Positions 1 through 14,173 of a stretch of 64,000 bases of DNA are shown here, one piece after another. The position numbers were made by a program, and so were the translations under genes. This stretch comes from Phoronis australis (lineage: Eukaryota; Animalia; Phoronida). The stretch's first letter is position 1, and every line of letters begins with the position of its first letter. The notes under the pieces are model-generated. The model was given only the letters and a program-made list of their open reading frames with translations, searched no databases and was not told the DNA's origin. The DNA is taken from positions 285,845 to 349,844 of the forward strand of contig NMRA01000215.1 in the NCBI GenBank assembly GCA_002633005.1, read 5' to 3'.

Positions 1-144
1 GAACATCCTCATGTTCAGTATGCCGGTATTTCGTGACCACACAGCGCGAGAGCACGCGAACGATGTCCGCTGGTGCACCATTTGGTCCAATTTCTCAAAA
101 CATTGACATTTGACACGATTTCAAAGACGTTGCTGAAGCCTCAC

Positions 145-251
145 CGGTAGACAACATTTCACCGTTGACCGAATTTCGTCTACTAGGCACCTTTTCCATG
201 ATTTCACGATTTAACATCTTGTAGTGTAGTCTGTCGAGCATAGTTTCCTCA
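145..251 (-). CDS. Possible exon 2 of an unidentified minus-strand gene (SEETMLDRLHYKMLNREIMEKVPSRRNSVNGEMLST)
   Basis: cttcag acceptor (weak pyrimidine tract), G|gtgagg donor, open frame; phase matches the putative first exon at 1626-1642. No homology recognised. Confidence 0.25.
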
Positions 252-751
252 CTGAAGCTACCGTAATGTGCGAGACATGTTATTACAGTCATAAGTTACG
301 TCAACGTTTATTCTAAATCGAACTGATTTATAAAGAGTGGCGTCTCGTATCTGTCAGTAATTTACATTTTGCATTAAACAAGATGACGTGAGTAATTTCT
401 GTGACCTACGTTCGGAATTACCGCGTTAGCTAATCACTAGTGTAAGTTTAATGAGAGGTTATCAACTGGATCAACTTTTATTTGTTGTTAAGTTGATTCT
501 TCAAGTGGCGGAAGCAACTTGGATGTTTCGCATTAGCATGTCAAACCGCACTGTGCGCACGAACAGTTTTTGAGAACTAACAGACTGTAATTATAATTTA
601 GGTGATTCACAAGCCAACTGGGCTGGTTGTCCGTAATTTGAATCCTATCAATCGTTCTCTAAACCAGGAAGTGGAAACGATTCCATGGCCGCGCCTCCAA
701 ATTCCAGCTACGATCCTCGAAACCCCAAGTTCCGGATCAGTCAAGGGGAAT

Positions 752-1173
752 TTGGGGCCGGTTGCATGAGAGTCCCAAATAGGCACTCAACTGAGGTCCC
801 TAAGTCTTTTTGCGTATTTGTGTCTGTATGGACTCACAGGTGCAATATTTTTATATCATTTCATCTTCATTATGAGCTCCTTTTTTGATTAAAGACGTTT
901 TTTAGTAATATAAATAAAAACTTGAGCCCACAGTTCATTGAAAATAAATAGGGACTCAGTCCTTGAATTGGGGGTGTTGCATGAAAAGACCCCAAATCTG
1001 TATTTTCGATAATATTGACAATTCAACTTTGAGTTATCTCAAAGCTGATTTAGTAAAGAAACTAACAACACAAGAAAGGGCAATCGATGTTTTCACAAGT
1101 CGAAAAATACGTAGTAGATTTAGTGAACTTAGTTGAGTCCCTATTTGCTACTGTTTCATGCAATCGGGCACTG
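752..1173. mobile_element. MITE family A (PIF/Harbinger-like), copy 1
   Basis: Imperfect ~40-bp TIRs (gccggttgcatgagagtcccaaataggcactcaact / agttgagtccctatttgctactgtttcatgcaatcgggca); whole element is an inverted diverged copy of 24561-24999. Confidence 0.8.
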
Positions 1174-1625
1174 ATCTCTAGGACTGGAGTTTGGTCACCG
1201 TGTATGGAGCATGTCGGAGCATGCGGGTTGTTTATGGACGCGTAGACACATAACCTGTTTGTAAATAAGTATTCTCATGGGGGCGTGGGTCTGGAAATTT
1301 GTACCGTGGGGATGATGTCTGGTGTTCTGGGTCGGGTTTGAAGGGTCGTAGTTGAAATTTAAAGGTGCAGGCTCCGAATCCCTTTCTCTTTTGAAATAAA
1401 ATAAGCCGTTTCACTTGTATGACAACGCGTACACCCACAGCAGTTTAAGTTTTGAGCATCTGTGGCAAGTTTCTGCTTTTTGTGTTGTTAAAGACCCCAA
1501 AATGAACTACAACAAACCTACGTGAGCACGCTTAGAGCCAAGAAAGTTGAAACGGTTTCTTGAAACGGTCCATAACTGGTTCGAAGTAAATGCAAATTCG
1601 CTTTTTGTAATCAACTGGTACTTAC

Positions 1626-1642
1626 CTGAACAAGCCCACCAT
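1626..1642 (-). CDS. Possible first coding exon of a minus-strand gene (MVGLF...)
   Basis: Minus strand reads aagATGGTGGGCTTGTTCAG|gtaagta: good start context and perfect donor, within a CpG-rich region with ETS-like caggaagt upstream. Confidence 0.3.
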
Positions 1643-4600
1643 CTTAGGTAGATACACCGCAATCGTTACGATTGACTTCCTGCGCCAACAACTTTTATTC
1701 GTGTCATTTTTGACGCATTTGTTGTGAAATGACAACCTGAGGACTGCGGATACTCGTTTGGTGTTCAGTTGTTACGTCACCTTCCACGCGAACGTTTTGG
1801 TCGTCTGCTATTAAAGGGCGATTCCATTTTCTTTTAGGGGTAGACTGCGATTTGACTATAATTTATTGCAGATATAAATTCAGGCACGATAACGGTACCG
1901 TTCAGTGTATAAACCAGCCTTCGGCTCTGTCCAAGGGACGAATGTGGCGTACTGTGATAGGTCTGTCAAATTTAACTGAGCAAAAGTTATTCAAGTCTGG
2001 CGCATTCTCACGTGATTGGGTCGTCTGCTGTCCGAATCTTCCTGCAAGATGCTATAAAACCGTCAAGTGTTTATGCGTGCTTAATTAAGTTGAAACAACA
2101 CTTAGTCCCGACACTGAGTTCTTTCTGTTCACTGCTGTGTTGGTCGCGTTTTCGTGAGGGTAGGTGGTCTTGCTAGTTTTGTTAATTGAAACCAACGTAT
2201 TAAACGAAAGTCATTTGGCATTTTTCTAGTATGATTGTTTAGGGCCATATCGTTTCAATTTGTTTCTTTATTGCTCCACGAGGAATTAATTTATGGTACC
2301 AGTTTATCAGTTGTTTTATTACTTTCACATTGATGGCGAAATACTCAAGAAGGTGCTTCGTACTTAAAGTTAAACGTACGGCTGACTTTTATCTATCCTC
2401 CTACAAAGTTTTTCTTAACATAAGAGTTTCATGGTACACGTCTGAGAGAAAGTGCATTTTTTATTGTTTTATATCGTACCGACTTTTGGAGTTTGTACTT
2501 TTTAACCTTGTACAGTCAAATTGGGACCCTAAAACCGCGATGTTTTATGTGTTTCTTGAAAGATTTTCAAAGTTTTGCAGTCAATTTCCTAACTTGTACC
2601 TCTGATCCTTGAAATGCTGTCTTGCAACAGCTAATAGTTAGAAATGGTCGAGTTGGTTTCTGTATAATAAGATGAAAGCAACAACGCAACGGGTTTTGTT
2701 AAAAAAGAATAGTTGATCTGAAATCGCTTCACTTCGCCGAACCTTTCTGTAGCCATGTACCGCCATTGCTCACTTTCGGATGCTGCCGGACGACCGAACC
2801 TGAGCGAGTACGTTCAGATGTTCGAATCCACGAGACATATATATTGATATTCAGTATCTGTTTGCACATTGTTTTTTGTAATTCGACGTCTTTGTGAGCA
2901 CGTTTATGTTTATATATGTGCATTTACACGAATTTTGATTCGATTAAGAATGTGGAAGACCTGTATGACCTTGGCTTGAATTCGCAATGTTATCAGCGTT
3001 CAATTCGTCAGGTGACCAGTCATATTCAGTGCCGTAGGTATCTTAAACTCAAATATGCGCGTGCGCTCAAAAATAGGGTTAGAGAGAGTGGAGGGTTTTG
3101 CGGCGTGGTTTATGGATTTCATTTTGTTTTAGTCAATTGTATTCGCCAATTATATATTAATCTATTCAACTCGCAGTAACCTTTAGAGTGAGCACGAAGA
3201 GGCCACTGTCACACCAAGGTATTTCTCACTAAATCTCAGAACTGAATGAGAACCGAATGTTAAATTTCTCTCATTTCCATCTACCTCTAGCCCGTTTCCT
3301 CAAGATGATGAGTTTGGTGTGATGCCATGAAGTACAACTGACTTCAGCACACCTTTCTCGAAGTTAGTGCATGTCTGCCGTCATAGCCGTTGTGGTTTCA
3401 GTTCCATTGTCTCTGATGGCTTCTGTTCCTTTGTGTGGGTTTACTTAATGCCATTTGCTTTGTTCTTTGCCGTGTTTGTCCAGGGCCGCAGTCGCGGGTT
3501 ACCTCGCCCCCTCTTTGTGCAGCCAGGGAACGCTCCCCTCAGTAAAACTCCATTTCTTCAACAATTGCGATGTGAATTCCACGTTATGTTATAAAAATGC
3601 CGAATTTATTATAGTGCCTTGTAAAAGTATTTGTCTTCTTTTGTGTTAATGTTCCTCCCAGTTTTTCTTGACCGTCGTGTATGTCTCAAATACGGATTTC
3701 ATGTCAGAGTGAAGGTTGCATCAGGGCTGGTTTCGTGCAGTTGGTGCTGATTAGAACGGTTTTGAGTCATAATCAATACCGTAATCTAGCTACATGGAGA
3801 TTATAGTTGGCGAATCATTTTATTAAAAGACGTCAGTGGCTAATGATATCCAAATTACACAGGTGTAAGTTTTGTACTTCTTTTCAAATTGAGACCTACC
3901 TACAAGTGCTTAAACTGTTGGTATGGTTTGTAGACGGAGTAAGCAGGCGAATCGCTACAACATAAGCGATCGCGCAGAGTAATAAGGTTATTCTGATGGT
4001 TAGTGGTCGTTCAACGATAGAAAGGGTTAATCCCTGGACCGAAAGTGATACGACACCTACTGCGATTTTCCCAGTTAATCACTGGAAAGGGCAGCTTCCC
4101 GACTTGTCTTGGAAGGCGAATTCGTCATTTCTAAATAAAAGAAATCTTTTTCAAAGGTTGGAAAGGGAGGGAAAGATAATTTAACCATCAACAGTTTAAC
4201 GTCTGGGCACTGGTTTGTGTTTAGAGAAGCGTACGGGTGTTAGCAAATATATGGGCATCTATCCAAGTGATGTCTGGGCGAAGACTAGCCAAGAAGAAGA
4301 TTGAGGGTGGTAGTGTTTTGTTTTGATATCTCAATATTTGGTGTCGGCGAATGACCACGCCTAGCTCATTGAAGTCAGAGCAACGGTTTACTTTAGATGT
4401 CGGATGAGTCTGGTTGTACTTGGCTGTCCTGGTGGTAGAAATTTTACCTACGCCATTTAGGTTGCAATGGATTTTGTAATGAAATCGTGTAGAGTTGCGA
4501 CGACAGCTTTTATTGCGTTTGTTTAGACTTCATAAGGGGAGTCGAGTCCTGTGCCCTACACGCTTGCTGCGAAATTGGCAAATCAGCAGACCTCAAGCTT

Positions 4601-7600
4601 TTGGTCGCTAAGTTTTTACGGTTGAAATTGAAATGGTGTACAAGATTAAATTGCGAGTATGTGTGTGTTCGAGTACGCGATAAAAAAACTGCTTAAAACA
4701 GTTTCATTTCCCAGTCGATTAAAATACCTGAATAAATTGCATTTTGAATGATTAATGAGAAAAGTTAGAAAACGCTTAAGAACTGCTTAACCAAGTGACA
4801 TTTGTAGATATATTCACTGTTTACCTGCTACATAACAAATGCATTGCTGGTGTTCGTAATTATGTGGGCGGTCTCATGATTTTGAACATCATTTTTATGG
4901 TAATTCTTATTTAGGTATTTCAATACCAAATTATTAACTTGGAAAACATTACAAAACACTCGAGAGCCTTGGAAAAACTGAAGGATTTGTGGTGTTTCTT
5001 CTCAATTAAACGTGAACGTCGACGATTCTTGTGAGACCATAACAAAGATGAACAATATCGGGTAAATTGTGTGGGTCCAAACGCGTCATGAAATGGCCTG
5101 GTGTTCGTTCCGTAATGCGAGATGTGCGCGAGTAAAAGTTACAGCGTTTATACGTATCGGTCGTAATGCATATGGCGGTAACTAAAGTAATAGGTGTTGT
5201 GGCGTTTATCTGACCAAGAGTATTTAATTGACAAGATCTAATGCCATACGCGTACCGCAAATTCTTTAAATCCATTTCATGCCTAGTACGCACGTGCGTA
5301 TCTGCGTACACCGTTACCACGTTCATGCTCCATCAACCTATTGCGAATTGTGCACGAGCTGTAACCTTTTGGTGACCCTTTTCATGTTTTGGAAAAGTGT
5401 AGATCATTCTCGCCTTCGACTTGGCGCTTTAAAAACATTGACGAGACACTTCCAACTGGCTGGTGTAGTAGTGCTAAATGGACCACGAAACCTGGCTGCT
5501 GAATAGAGACCGCATTTCTACCTGCTATTCGATTTATGCGTATCAGGGCTAAGTGGTTCTCGTGTGTGTTTTTAGTCGGTGTCTCATTGAAATTCCATCT
5601 GAGACAGGGCTTGAAAACCAGGCAGTGCTGTGCGGTAGAGAAGCATAAATCATAATTCCATACGTTGCCTGTCCAAAGCTTACTTTATTTCCATAGGGCA
5701 TGCGGTAACGTGTCGCTGATGCCATGTTAAACGACTGCTGATTGATAGTGAAAAACTCGACTGATAACCTCGACTGGTTGTCGATCGTTCTCATTTTCCC
5801 GTCCACGTGCCCGATCTGGTAATGAACTTCAAACCAAACGATTAAACCTCTTGACGATAAACTCCAGTGAATATTTTACGTCTAACTGTATTACCAAGCA
5901 CAGCCGTGAGTCCACTAATATTTCTTCATGAAAGCGTGCTCGAAAATTCTGGGGGGGGGGGTGGGGGGCGAGTTTGGCCGAATTCGTTTTCGTCTAAATC
6001 AAGAGCTTGCCCACTTTTTTGGTTTTCGCGGTCATAGGGTGCTGGACTTAAATTTCATTAATAAAAATATAACCAAAGTAGGAAGAGGTTGTAGATTGCA
6101 GCGTTTTATGTATGTTTGTGTTTGTTAACTAATTCTATACGTTTCTAAAAGTAAATTTCGATGTCGCTCACTTCGAGGGTCATTTTGTTAGTGCTCCACC
6201 AGAAATTGAAAGTTAGAATTTAAAATTCCAATATTCAATTTGTTTCATTTGGCAAAATAATTGGGTGAAATTTCTGATAGAATTTATTTGCGTTAACATT
6301 CATTTTACAAGTTTTTAATTCATATGAAGCGGACAAATCGTTAAAAATTTGTTTTCAATTGTGTTGTCTTCGTGAGCTGTAATATAAAGGGACGCTTTGT
6401 GTTCGACTAAAACGATATGTTGTATTCGTGCAGTCTTCAAACTTTGAACTCAAAAGACGTAAAAATGTTTTCTCGACTGCCAGGGTGTTGTGCAATGCCA
6501 GTCGAATTTGCCACGAGAGTTTACTGGACTGGTACATCTTGATAAACAACACCAGGTCTTGATGTAGTGTACAACTGCACCAGACCTGCACTGGAGAACT
6601 CTCCCGATTATTTACATAATCTGTAGAACTTTTTGCCTCAACTCGTTTAGTTGCCTATATTTCGAATTGGACAGTTGTTTTTTTTCTGGAAGTTGAGCCA
6701 ATTCTGTTTGAAATTAACCTCCGCGATGATTGTCCAACTCGACTAATACAAAGTTATTTGCGGGATGTATTTAATCATGAGTGAAACAGTATTACCACTC
6801 TTTAGGAGACACGTGAAAACAATTCGATTTTAAAGTACATTAGTTGGTTAGTGTCCAAACAAACTGTAGTGTACACTTCAAGTGTTACCTCATGATGTCA
6901 CGAAAGTACGTGATGTGTTCGGATGGTCTTGGACAGTTTGTTTCACTCGTATGCCCACGTAGTTAATTGAAGTGAAAGCAAACATTTAGTGAAAAAGTCG
7001 TGTAAACTAAGCACTCAGCCGGCAGGTCATAACTTCCTGCAATTGATCAACCTAATGTGCTAGTTATCTGACGAACCTTTAAGATCAGTCGTCACGAGTT
7101 TCGGAAGTTAAACCATTCTGTAAATAAATAAACTCAACACCTTTTTGAAACTACTCTGCACAAAATTGACGGCGTCAGCACTGCTCAATTAAACTAACGA
7201 GTAGTATTTGAATGAAGTTTCGCTGCCTGTCGGAAGTTCGCCTTTCATAACTGTTACGTGTAATGACGTCATCAACAATCCCACAACTCAGATGTCGTCT
7301 CCAATGTTTTACTAGATCTCAGCGAACGCTGTTGCAAAATTTGTTTAGGTGTGTTTTCGCCTGAATAAGTAATGTACACATTCTTTTAACGCGTTAAGAC
7401 CGGTGTAATGAACGTCAACTAACCCTCAAAATCAACAGACAATCCCTTGATTTAATGAATGTTTCATCCGTCGAGTATGCGCTATACACACCTGTTGCTA
7501 TTGGGTGAAATGTATATACATATAATAGTCGTCATGGGTATGATTCAGAACTGTCTGTTGGTTAAATACAAGAGAATGTGACTGAAAAGCAGGTCGGTGA

Positions 7601-10600
7601 TGTTTCATTCAGTATCAAATTCACCACTCTGCGCTGTCGAAGAGGCAGTGTGTTGTGGATAAAAAGAGAAAACAAGTGCAATATTATTTCAAAAAAGTAT
7701 TCAAGAAACTTAAATGTAAAACATCCACAAGGTCGCTTTTTGTAATAAGAACATGACCTTCTTTTCAGAAACAAATGACTTGAAATGACAAGCGTGTGTA
7801 CGCGTTGTAAACGTTTGGATGCCGCGTGATGAGATATTAGAGGCCAAAGACAAAAAGTTCACTTAGCAGTTCATGGTAGCCCAGTTGGTTTTCTTTTGCG
7901 CCATGTTTCTATGAGCCAACGTGTAAACACAGCGAGCTCCTGGGAGTTGTTCAGAGACGTCGTCTGCGTCTTAGAGCACAAACGCAGCATAGCCTACTGT
8001 CTCTCAATTTCACCACTCAATTTCAACCGAACAAAATGCGTTGTGCTTTTGTAGGACTTTTAAGTTTAGAAATATAGCTTTACCTACAACTGCTTCACAC
8101 GGACTCGTTAACTGGACCATTTCTTGGGGGTCTTTGAGCTCTCTCATTGTCGAGATTGTTCCTTCCGTCTTACGGGTATTCTCTGGGCTTGCCGGCATCC
8201 TTTGCCACTCGTCAGACGTCAGACACACGGTGGCGACACGCGGAAGGACTCCGGCGTTGAGCGCCTTTATGGTTCGCACCTATTTGTTATATAGTTGTGT
8301 TATAAAAACAACGTATGCGAGCATGTGAAAGGCACCGGCTTATGGAACCTGATGTTTTGATTAGTGACACGTCTCGAAAGTTACCTAAATTCGATATTAA
8401 TTGGCAGTACAAATGGTCACCCATAGTGTACGATTATGGCTAGACGGAGACTTCATTGATCCGTGCGTTGTTGTTTGAGACTTGAAGAGGTTTTATATCT
8501 GTAAACATTATGGAGCTCTTGAAGATTCAAAGTTTTACTTCGCGTACATAAACTTTCAATGGCGTCCTTGAAAGAAGCAAGTTGTTCTACATAGTCCTAC
8601 ATGTTTATGGTTTATAGCCACTAATTCGACGTTTCTGTCGTTAATGCATCATTTAGAATTATGTTGTGTAAAACCTATGTATGAGGCCGTGTCAAAGCTG
8701 GCTTACCTGTCGAAGATCACGCACTGCCTGACGATGGCCTGCCTGAAAGCCCTTTCACCTGGTAGCACTTTGTGGTTTGGGCAATCCGACGTTTACCACT
8801 GTCCGGGAGCACGATGGGCGGTCTTCAACCACGACAGTTGATTTTGTATACGTTCTTGGTAGATTTTGAATGTCTCGCATTGTTATTTAGTGTTACGGTT
8901 GTGATAATATCGCTAATCTGATTACTGCTTAGCTAAACACACAAAGCGAACATGCTCATGTTGATCACATACCGTTTGTTTGTGTTATGTTGACGGTGTT
9001 ACTGTACTATCGTTAAATATTTACGTACAGACTGTTCGCTAAATGAGTGTTAATTATTTTTGAGTACGCCCATGACAGGTTGGCTGTTCACTGCTGGAAG
9101 AAATCTGTGCCGAGCAGACCGATTTTTTTACCAGCGTCCCTTTTCACACGACGATGCGATCGTCGGCGCAGACTTAGTTTTCCCGCCATCTCCGCAAACG
9201 ATAACGTGACTCGTGTTTTAGGTGTAAGGAGGCGGGGGGATTACAATATGTTTGTATGCCGTTGAGTATTTAGTTTCCTATCTTCGGTATTCTCAGCAGT
9301 CGACTGGGTACTGGCTAGCAGGTAAGCATGTCCTTTAAGACAAATGGTGTCAATTGTCTGCTTTGATATCAGGGATGGTTTATCTTCGGCTAACATTTGC
9401 GAAGGTGTCTGTGGGTTTTCGATTTTTTAAAACACCGTTTCCACTGGATATTTGTAAAGTTAATCCACGCGAAAACGTGTCCCAGGAACATATCTCTCTT
9501 TTCGATGCAAAGAACGCGAGTTATTGCATGACTGTCTTTTAATTGGATACGGTGGTTTTCGTACTTTTTCATTGACTCGTGAACTGAACATAACATTGCT
9601 TTTATGATATCAATTCAGCAATTCACGGTCCAACCACTTGAATCTTTCATCGCTTAGTAGAAGTTTGGACGAATTTCATACCGCTAACCAAGATCTTGAC
9701 AACGGTGTCTAATTTGCACTCACTTGCTTACTGACGTCAGGGTTTGCGGAGAAAGTTTTAAGTTTTCATAAAATAAACAAAAGTTCACAACTGTGTCGGT
9801 TATGTCCATCGTAAAGTTGTATTTGTAAACAGTTTTCTGTCCAGGAATTCCACTTGGTGTAGTTGGTGTTGGGCTGTTGAGTTTCATGCAAGACTTTTAG
9901 GCCACAGGTAAACTTCCATTCTTTCTGGAATTTTCATCAGTGTCGGTAAATCTCTAAATCTTCTCCTAGTTGCTATTAATTGATATTGTTATTACCAATG
10001 GTTAATATCAGCCCGTTGTCAATGGTGACTGTCTGGTGTCGTGTGATTATTAATTGATGCTTGAATAACCATTCTAACTTCATTTGAATTACAAGCTGAA
10101 ACACTGGTGGTGGAAATATTTTGCCTTTTTGCGGACCACACAATGCGGAAGTGTTCAATAATCTTTTAGTTAAATTGGTTTAGACATTTGCTTATTGTTC
10201 TCCGATGGCTCGAGTGTGTTTTCAATTTCTTTCTCTTCAAATAAATTTACTGACTATGACTTACTAAGAACCTCGTGATTTTGAGAATGGCCAGTGGTGG
10301 GTAAGCCGTTTTGAACTTTATGATGTCTTAGTTGTTGAACTTTGTCCGAATACTCTGGCTTAGAAGTTTTCAAGTTTACGTTCTTCGAAATGTGCATGTT
10401 TTGAAGACGATTACAGTTCCAGTGCACCTTTTATGTTGACATATCGTCCAAAATTTAAGTTTATCTCCTATTGGAGATGTACGGCTGTGGGTTTCCTTTG
10501 TAGCAAATACTGCTACTTTCTTCGTAATCCCGAACAGTGGCGATTTTCAAACTCCTCCTTCTCGCCAAATGTCGTTTTAAGTTGTTCTTGATTTTGCCGA

Positions 10601-13600
10601 TTTCCCTTGATTCTATTTCCATACGCCGAAGACCCGTCAGCTCTCGTTCGGGTTTAATAGTTCCCGTCGGAGTACTACATTGCGCACGCATGATGCGTTT
10701 CGTTTTGTCCTCTGTGTAAATCATCAAACGGGGCCAGAGGTTGTGATTCAACATGACTTTCAGGTAAACTGACTCTGATAACAATTTCCATTTGTCATGG
10801 AATTGAAATAGTACGATTTCTCGATTCTTGTGAAAACCAGGCTATTGATAGATGATGTTTCAGGCTATATATCTCGTGGACAGCTCAGTTGTACAATTAC
10901 CACTATCATGAAATATTCGTGTAATGAATTTTCAAAAACCACACTAATATCTCTCTTGTTTACGTCTTTGTATGACATTTACGATAACGCAGATAGTTGA
11001 TAATGAATTAGTCGGCAAGGACTTCCTCTCCTCGAAGACCATTTGTCGCTTAAAGCGACTTAAATGTGACACTGGCACAACCGCCACCCATGACGAGAAC
11101 AAAAAATGCGCATCGGGCACGGAGGACGTATATTACCGATAGAAGGAATTACGTTGCCTAAGCGTGTGAGTGGTGCTTCACGAAGGCAAAATCGGGTGGA
11201 CGTTTGTCGATGTTGTAATGCTAAGAGCAAATATTGACAAGTGCGTGTTATTCTGTCGGAAACCAATCCAAAAATATGCGGCGTTATAGAAACTCAACAT
11301 CCACTTCGTGAAGGGGAACGTTTTTAACTCGCTTTCTCAGTGGTCGAGTCGTCGAGGACGCTTAAAAGGAAAGTTGTACTAAACTGCTTAGCTCTTAAAT
11401 TTGCACAAACACTTTTAGTATCTTTTCTTTACTTGATAAGGTCGCCTGGTTAAGTTGTTTACAATGTATTGTTAACAAAAGTACGTTCATTGGAAAAAAG
11501 TAGGAGTACATATTGAAAATGAAACGGCCCAAAAGCGGAAACCAACTTTTCTACAATGTATTTTCATTTGGTGTTACGTGGTATTAACAGCGTGTTTCCT
11601 GTTGTAATCTGAATTCAGTTATATTGATATGGAGTTGACTGGTATGTTCGAAATGGTACAAGCAGCAATCAAGCGCTGACTGTATGTATACATGACCGTC
11701 ATGTGAATTCATCACCGTCCATCTGCATACATGAGTCAAGTGCTAGCGCTGTTTACCCATATGTTTTGACATTCCCCGGCGGATTTGTGTCCGTCGAGTG
11801 GCCATCCTTTTGTCCTTCTGGCGGCGTCCGTCACATCTTGTCCATTGGAACTGGAGGTTTACCGTCACTGTGGTGACCGGGGACCCGAGTGGGATAAATA
11901 GGGCGAAGTGTCCGCTCCAGTATTCGCTGGGGGTATTTCCTAAAGTTGGCTGGTGTAAAGACGCAGTGCTGCTGGTTGTTTTCTTTTGAGGAACTGTAGT
12001 TGTTGTACGGGAGTTTACAGCAAATGAGGCTAACGATGAATGCAAAAGTTGGTTCTTGGATGGAACAAGATGAAACTGAAAGAGAGGCTGTTTTATGCAC
12101 GTGTTAGTCAGCACCATCTATTGACACTTAATAGCTTACATACGTTTTACAACAGTGGTGGAGTTTCTATGTAGTCGAGTTTCTGACGATTGCGTCGCAA
12201 CTCGACTTATCGGGTCGTGATTTTGGATTTCCGAATGCCTACTCCTTCTTGCCCGGTGCCTGGATGTTTCTTAAGTTGCTAAGACTTTGCAACGAATATA
12301 AAGGCGTGAAAATTCAAAGTTGCCGGGCGCGAGTCTGGAATTGGCTGATACTTTAAGCCGATATACAGTGATAAATTTATTTGTTAGTCGTGTTCAGCGC
12401 CGTGAGATTATTTTTAAACGATAAAAAGAAAGGTTGATTGAAATTCAATGTACTCCCTATAAGACCTCGAAGGTTATTAAAGTATTGTTATCTTGTGTTT
12501 GTGTTTTTAACTTAGTGACGTCAAAACGTGAGGACCATTCCGACAAGTTCGCTACTCAAGCGCAGATAACTGGTTTATAGTAAATCCGGCAATAAAATAG
12601 ATACCAGGACAAACACGACCGATATCCCAACATTCATAAACATCCATTCATAAATTAGTTAACGACGTAGAGCAGTTTAGTGTCGCTACGCAGTGAAAAA
12701 ACTTTCGACAAGTTTTTAAATTGCATAACTCGTAGATCAAAATTAAAACCCGAATAGGAAGGCGAGGATTTTTCAATGAGAATTTTTATCTATTTGCTAA
12801 ACAATAAACCCTGCAGAAAAAGCCTTATAGATAGTGAGAGAGCACAATCTAAGGTTACAGTGATAAAACGACGTTGAAGGACATATCAATTCACATACAG
12901 TCCCACGCATATTTTACAAACACGGCTGTCGATTTTCCCCAAAATATCTTATTCGCGTTTGCGTTGCCGTTCGAACTACAAGGGTAACCCCGTTGTCCTC
13001 TGAAGATGTCGGCTTGCAATGAGTTAGTTATCTTCCCGTTACTCGTCTTTTGGGAGCCTGTGATGACCTGTGGGCAAAAATCTCGGGTCCAAGAAGGAGT
13101 CTCCGTTTCATTAGATGTTTGTAAACATCAGTTCAGGTGACACCCGCTCGCACCCGAGGCGATGGACCAGCTATTTTATATCAACAAGCGAACTAATAGG
13201 TAGATGATCAGATTAGTGCAGTCATAATCCGAAACCTCCCTTCCGGTGTCTGTCTATCAACATCATAAACCGTCGAATCTGACGGGAGAGGTACTTTAGC
13301 GGTCTCAGATATATTGTAGTAGAAACCATAAATACTAAAACGTACGAGAACTACATGTTGTTAGTTTTTGCTGGTCATTGACTGTTGGATCATTTGATAT
13401 GCTGACGTAAAAAGATGTATTGTCGAAGACTCAGGTGTTGGGTTTTCATCCGGGTGTTCGGTATCCTAACTGTATCCTATCATCATGTCACTGCCATTTC
13501 GCTGTCACGGTAGTGCGTCAATTGTCTATTAATGACATGATTTTCGTTTGTCGGCCTCATGCAAACCACCAAACTGTTACTCTTAGTCTTTGTCAGCGGA

Positions 13601-13990
13601 TTTCACTTATTACCCGGAAGTTCGCGAGTACTGCGTAGTGCTACCGTTACCTTTGCCGATTTCGTTTATTGACGGTATTTATGTGACCATACTTATCTGT
13701 TTGTTTTTCAGAGATTGACGCGAAAACAAGAGCAAAGAAGATTATCTTCACTAACTGTTCATTGAACATCTGGGTACACACAATACACGATCAGCGGTAT
13801 TTCTACTTAGGCATCTTGGCCGATTTGCTGATTGACACAATAAACTAGCTTTGTTTATGCTTACCAAGGCGTTTCGCAACCACCTGACTCACTAATAACT
13901 AAACTAGTTATTTGTATAAGACGGACTGAGCGTTCTAAATCTGTCAACTGCGTTCCCGATCGTGTCTTGTCGAAACAGACGAGAAGGACA

Positions 13991-14173
13991 ATGAATTCTA
14001 ATGGAAGATTGTGCGCTTGCACAGTGATAATGAGAACTGTGATGTGCGCGCTGGTGTTAGCGCACGTGTGCCAAACGGAACCGTTCTTTTTGAGCCGGGA
14101 CCACAGTGACATCAATCTACACGCACCGCGGGAGGAGAACACGGAAAAAGTGCAGAACGAAGCGGATTGTGAG
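13991..14173 (+). CDS. MMP21: MMP21-like coding exon 1 (signal peptide, start of prodomain)
   Basis: MNSNGRLCACTVIMRTVMCALVLAHVCQTEPFFLSRDHSD...ADCE|gtgagt; alternative start ATG at 14030; upstream acceptor tttttcag ending at 13711 implies a 5' UTR intron. Confidence 0.85.

Noticed and set aside
10461-10784. 107-aa basic minus-strand ORF
   Set aside because: Non-ATG start, no recognisable domain, no clear splice context.
2100-13700. UROS or other coding exons upstream of MMP21
   Set aside because: No recognisable protein motifs in the ORF track or by inspection; short exons could have been missed.
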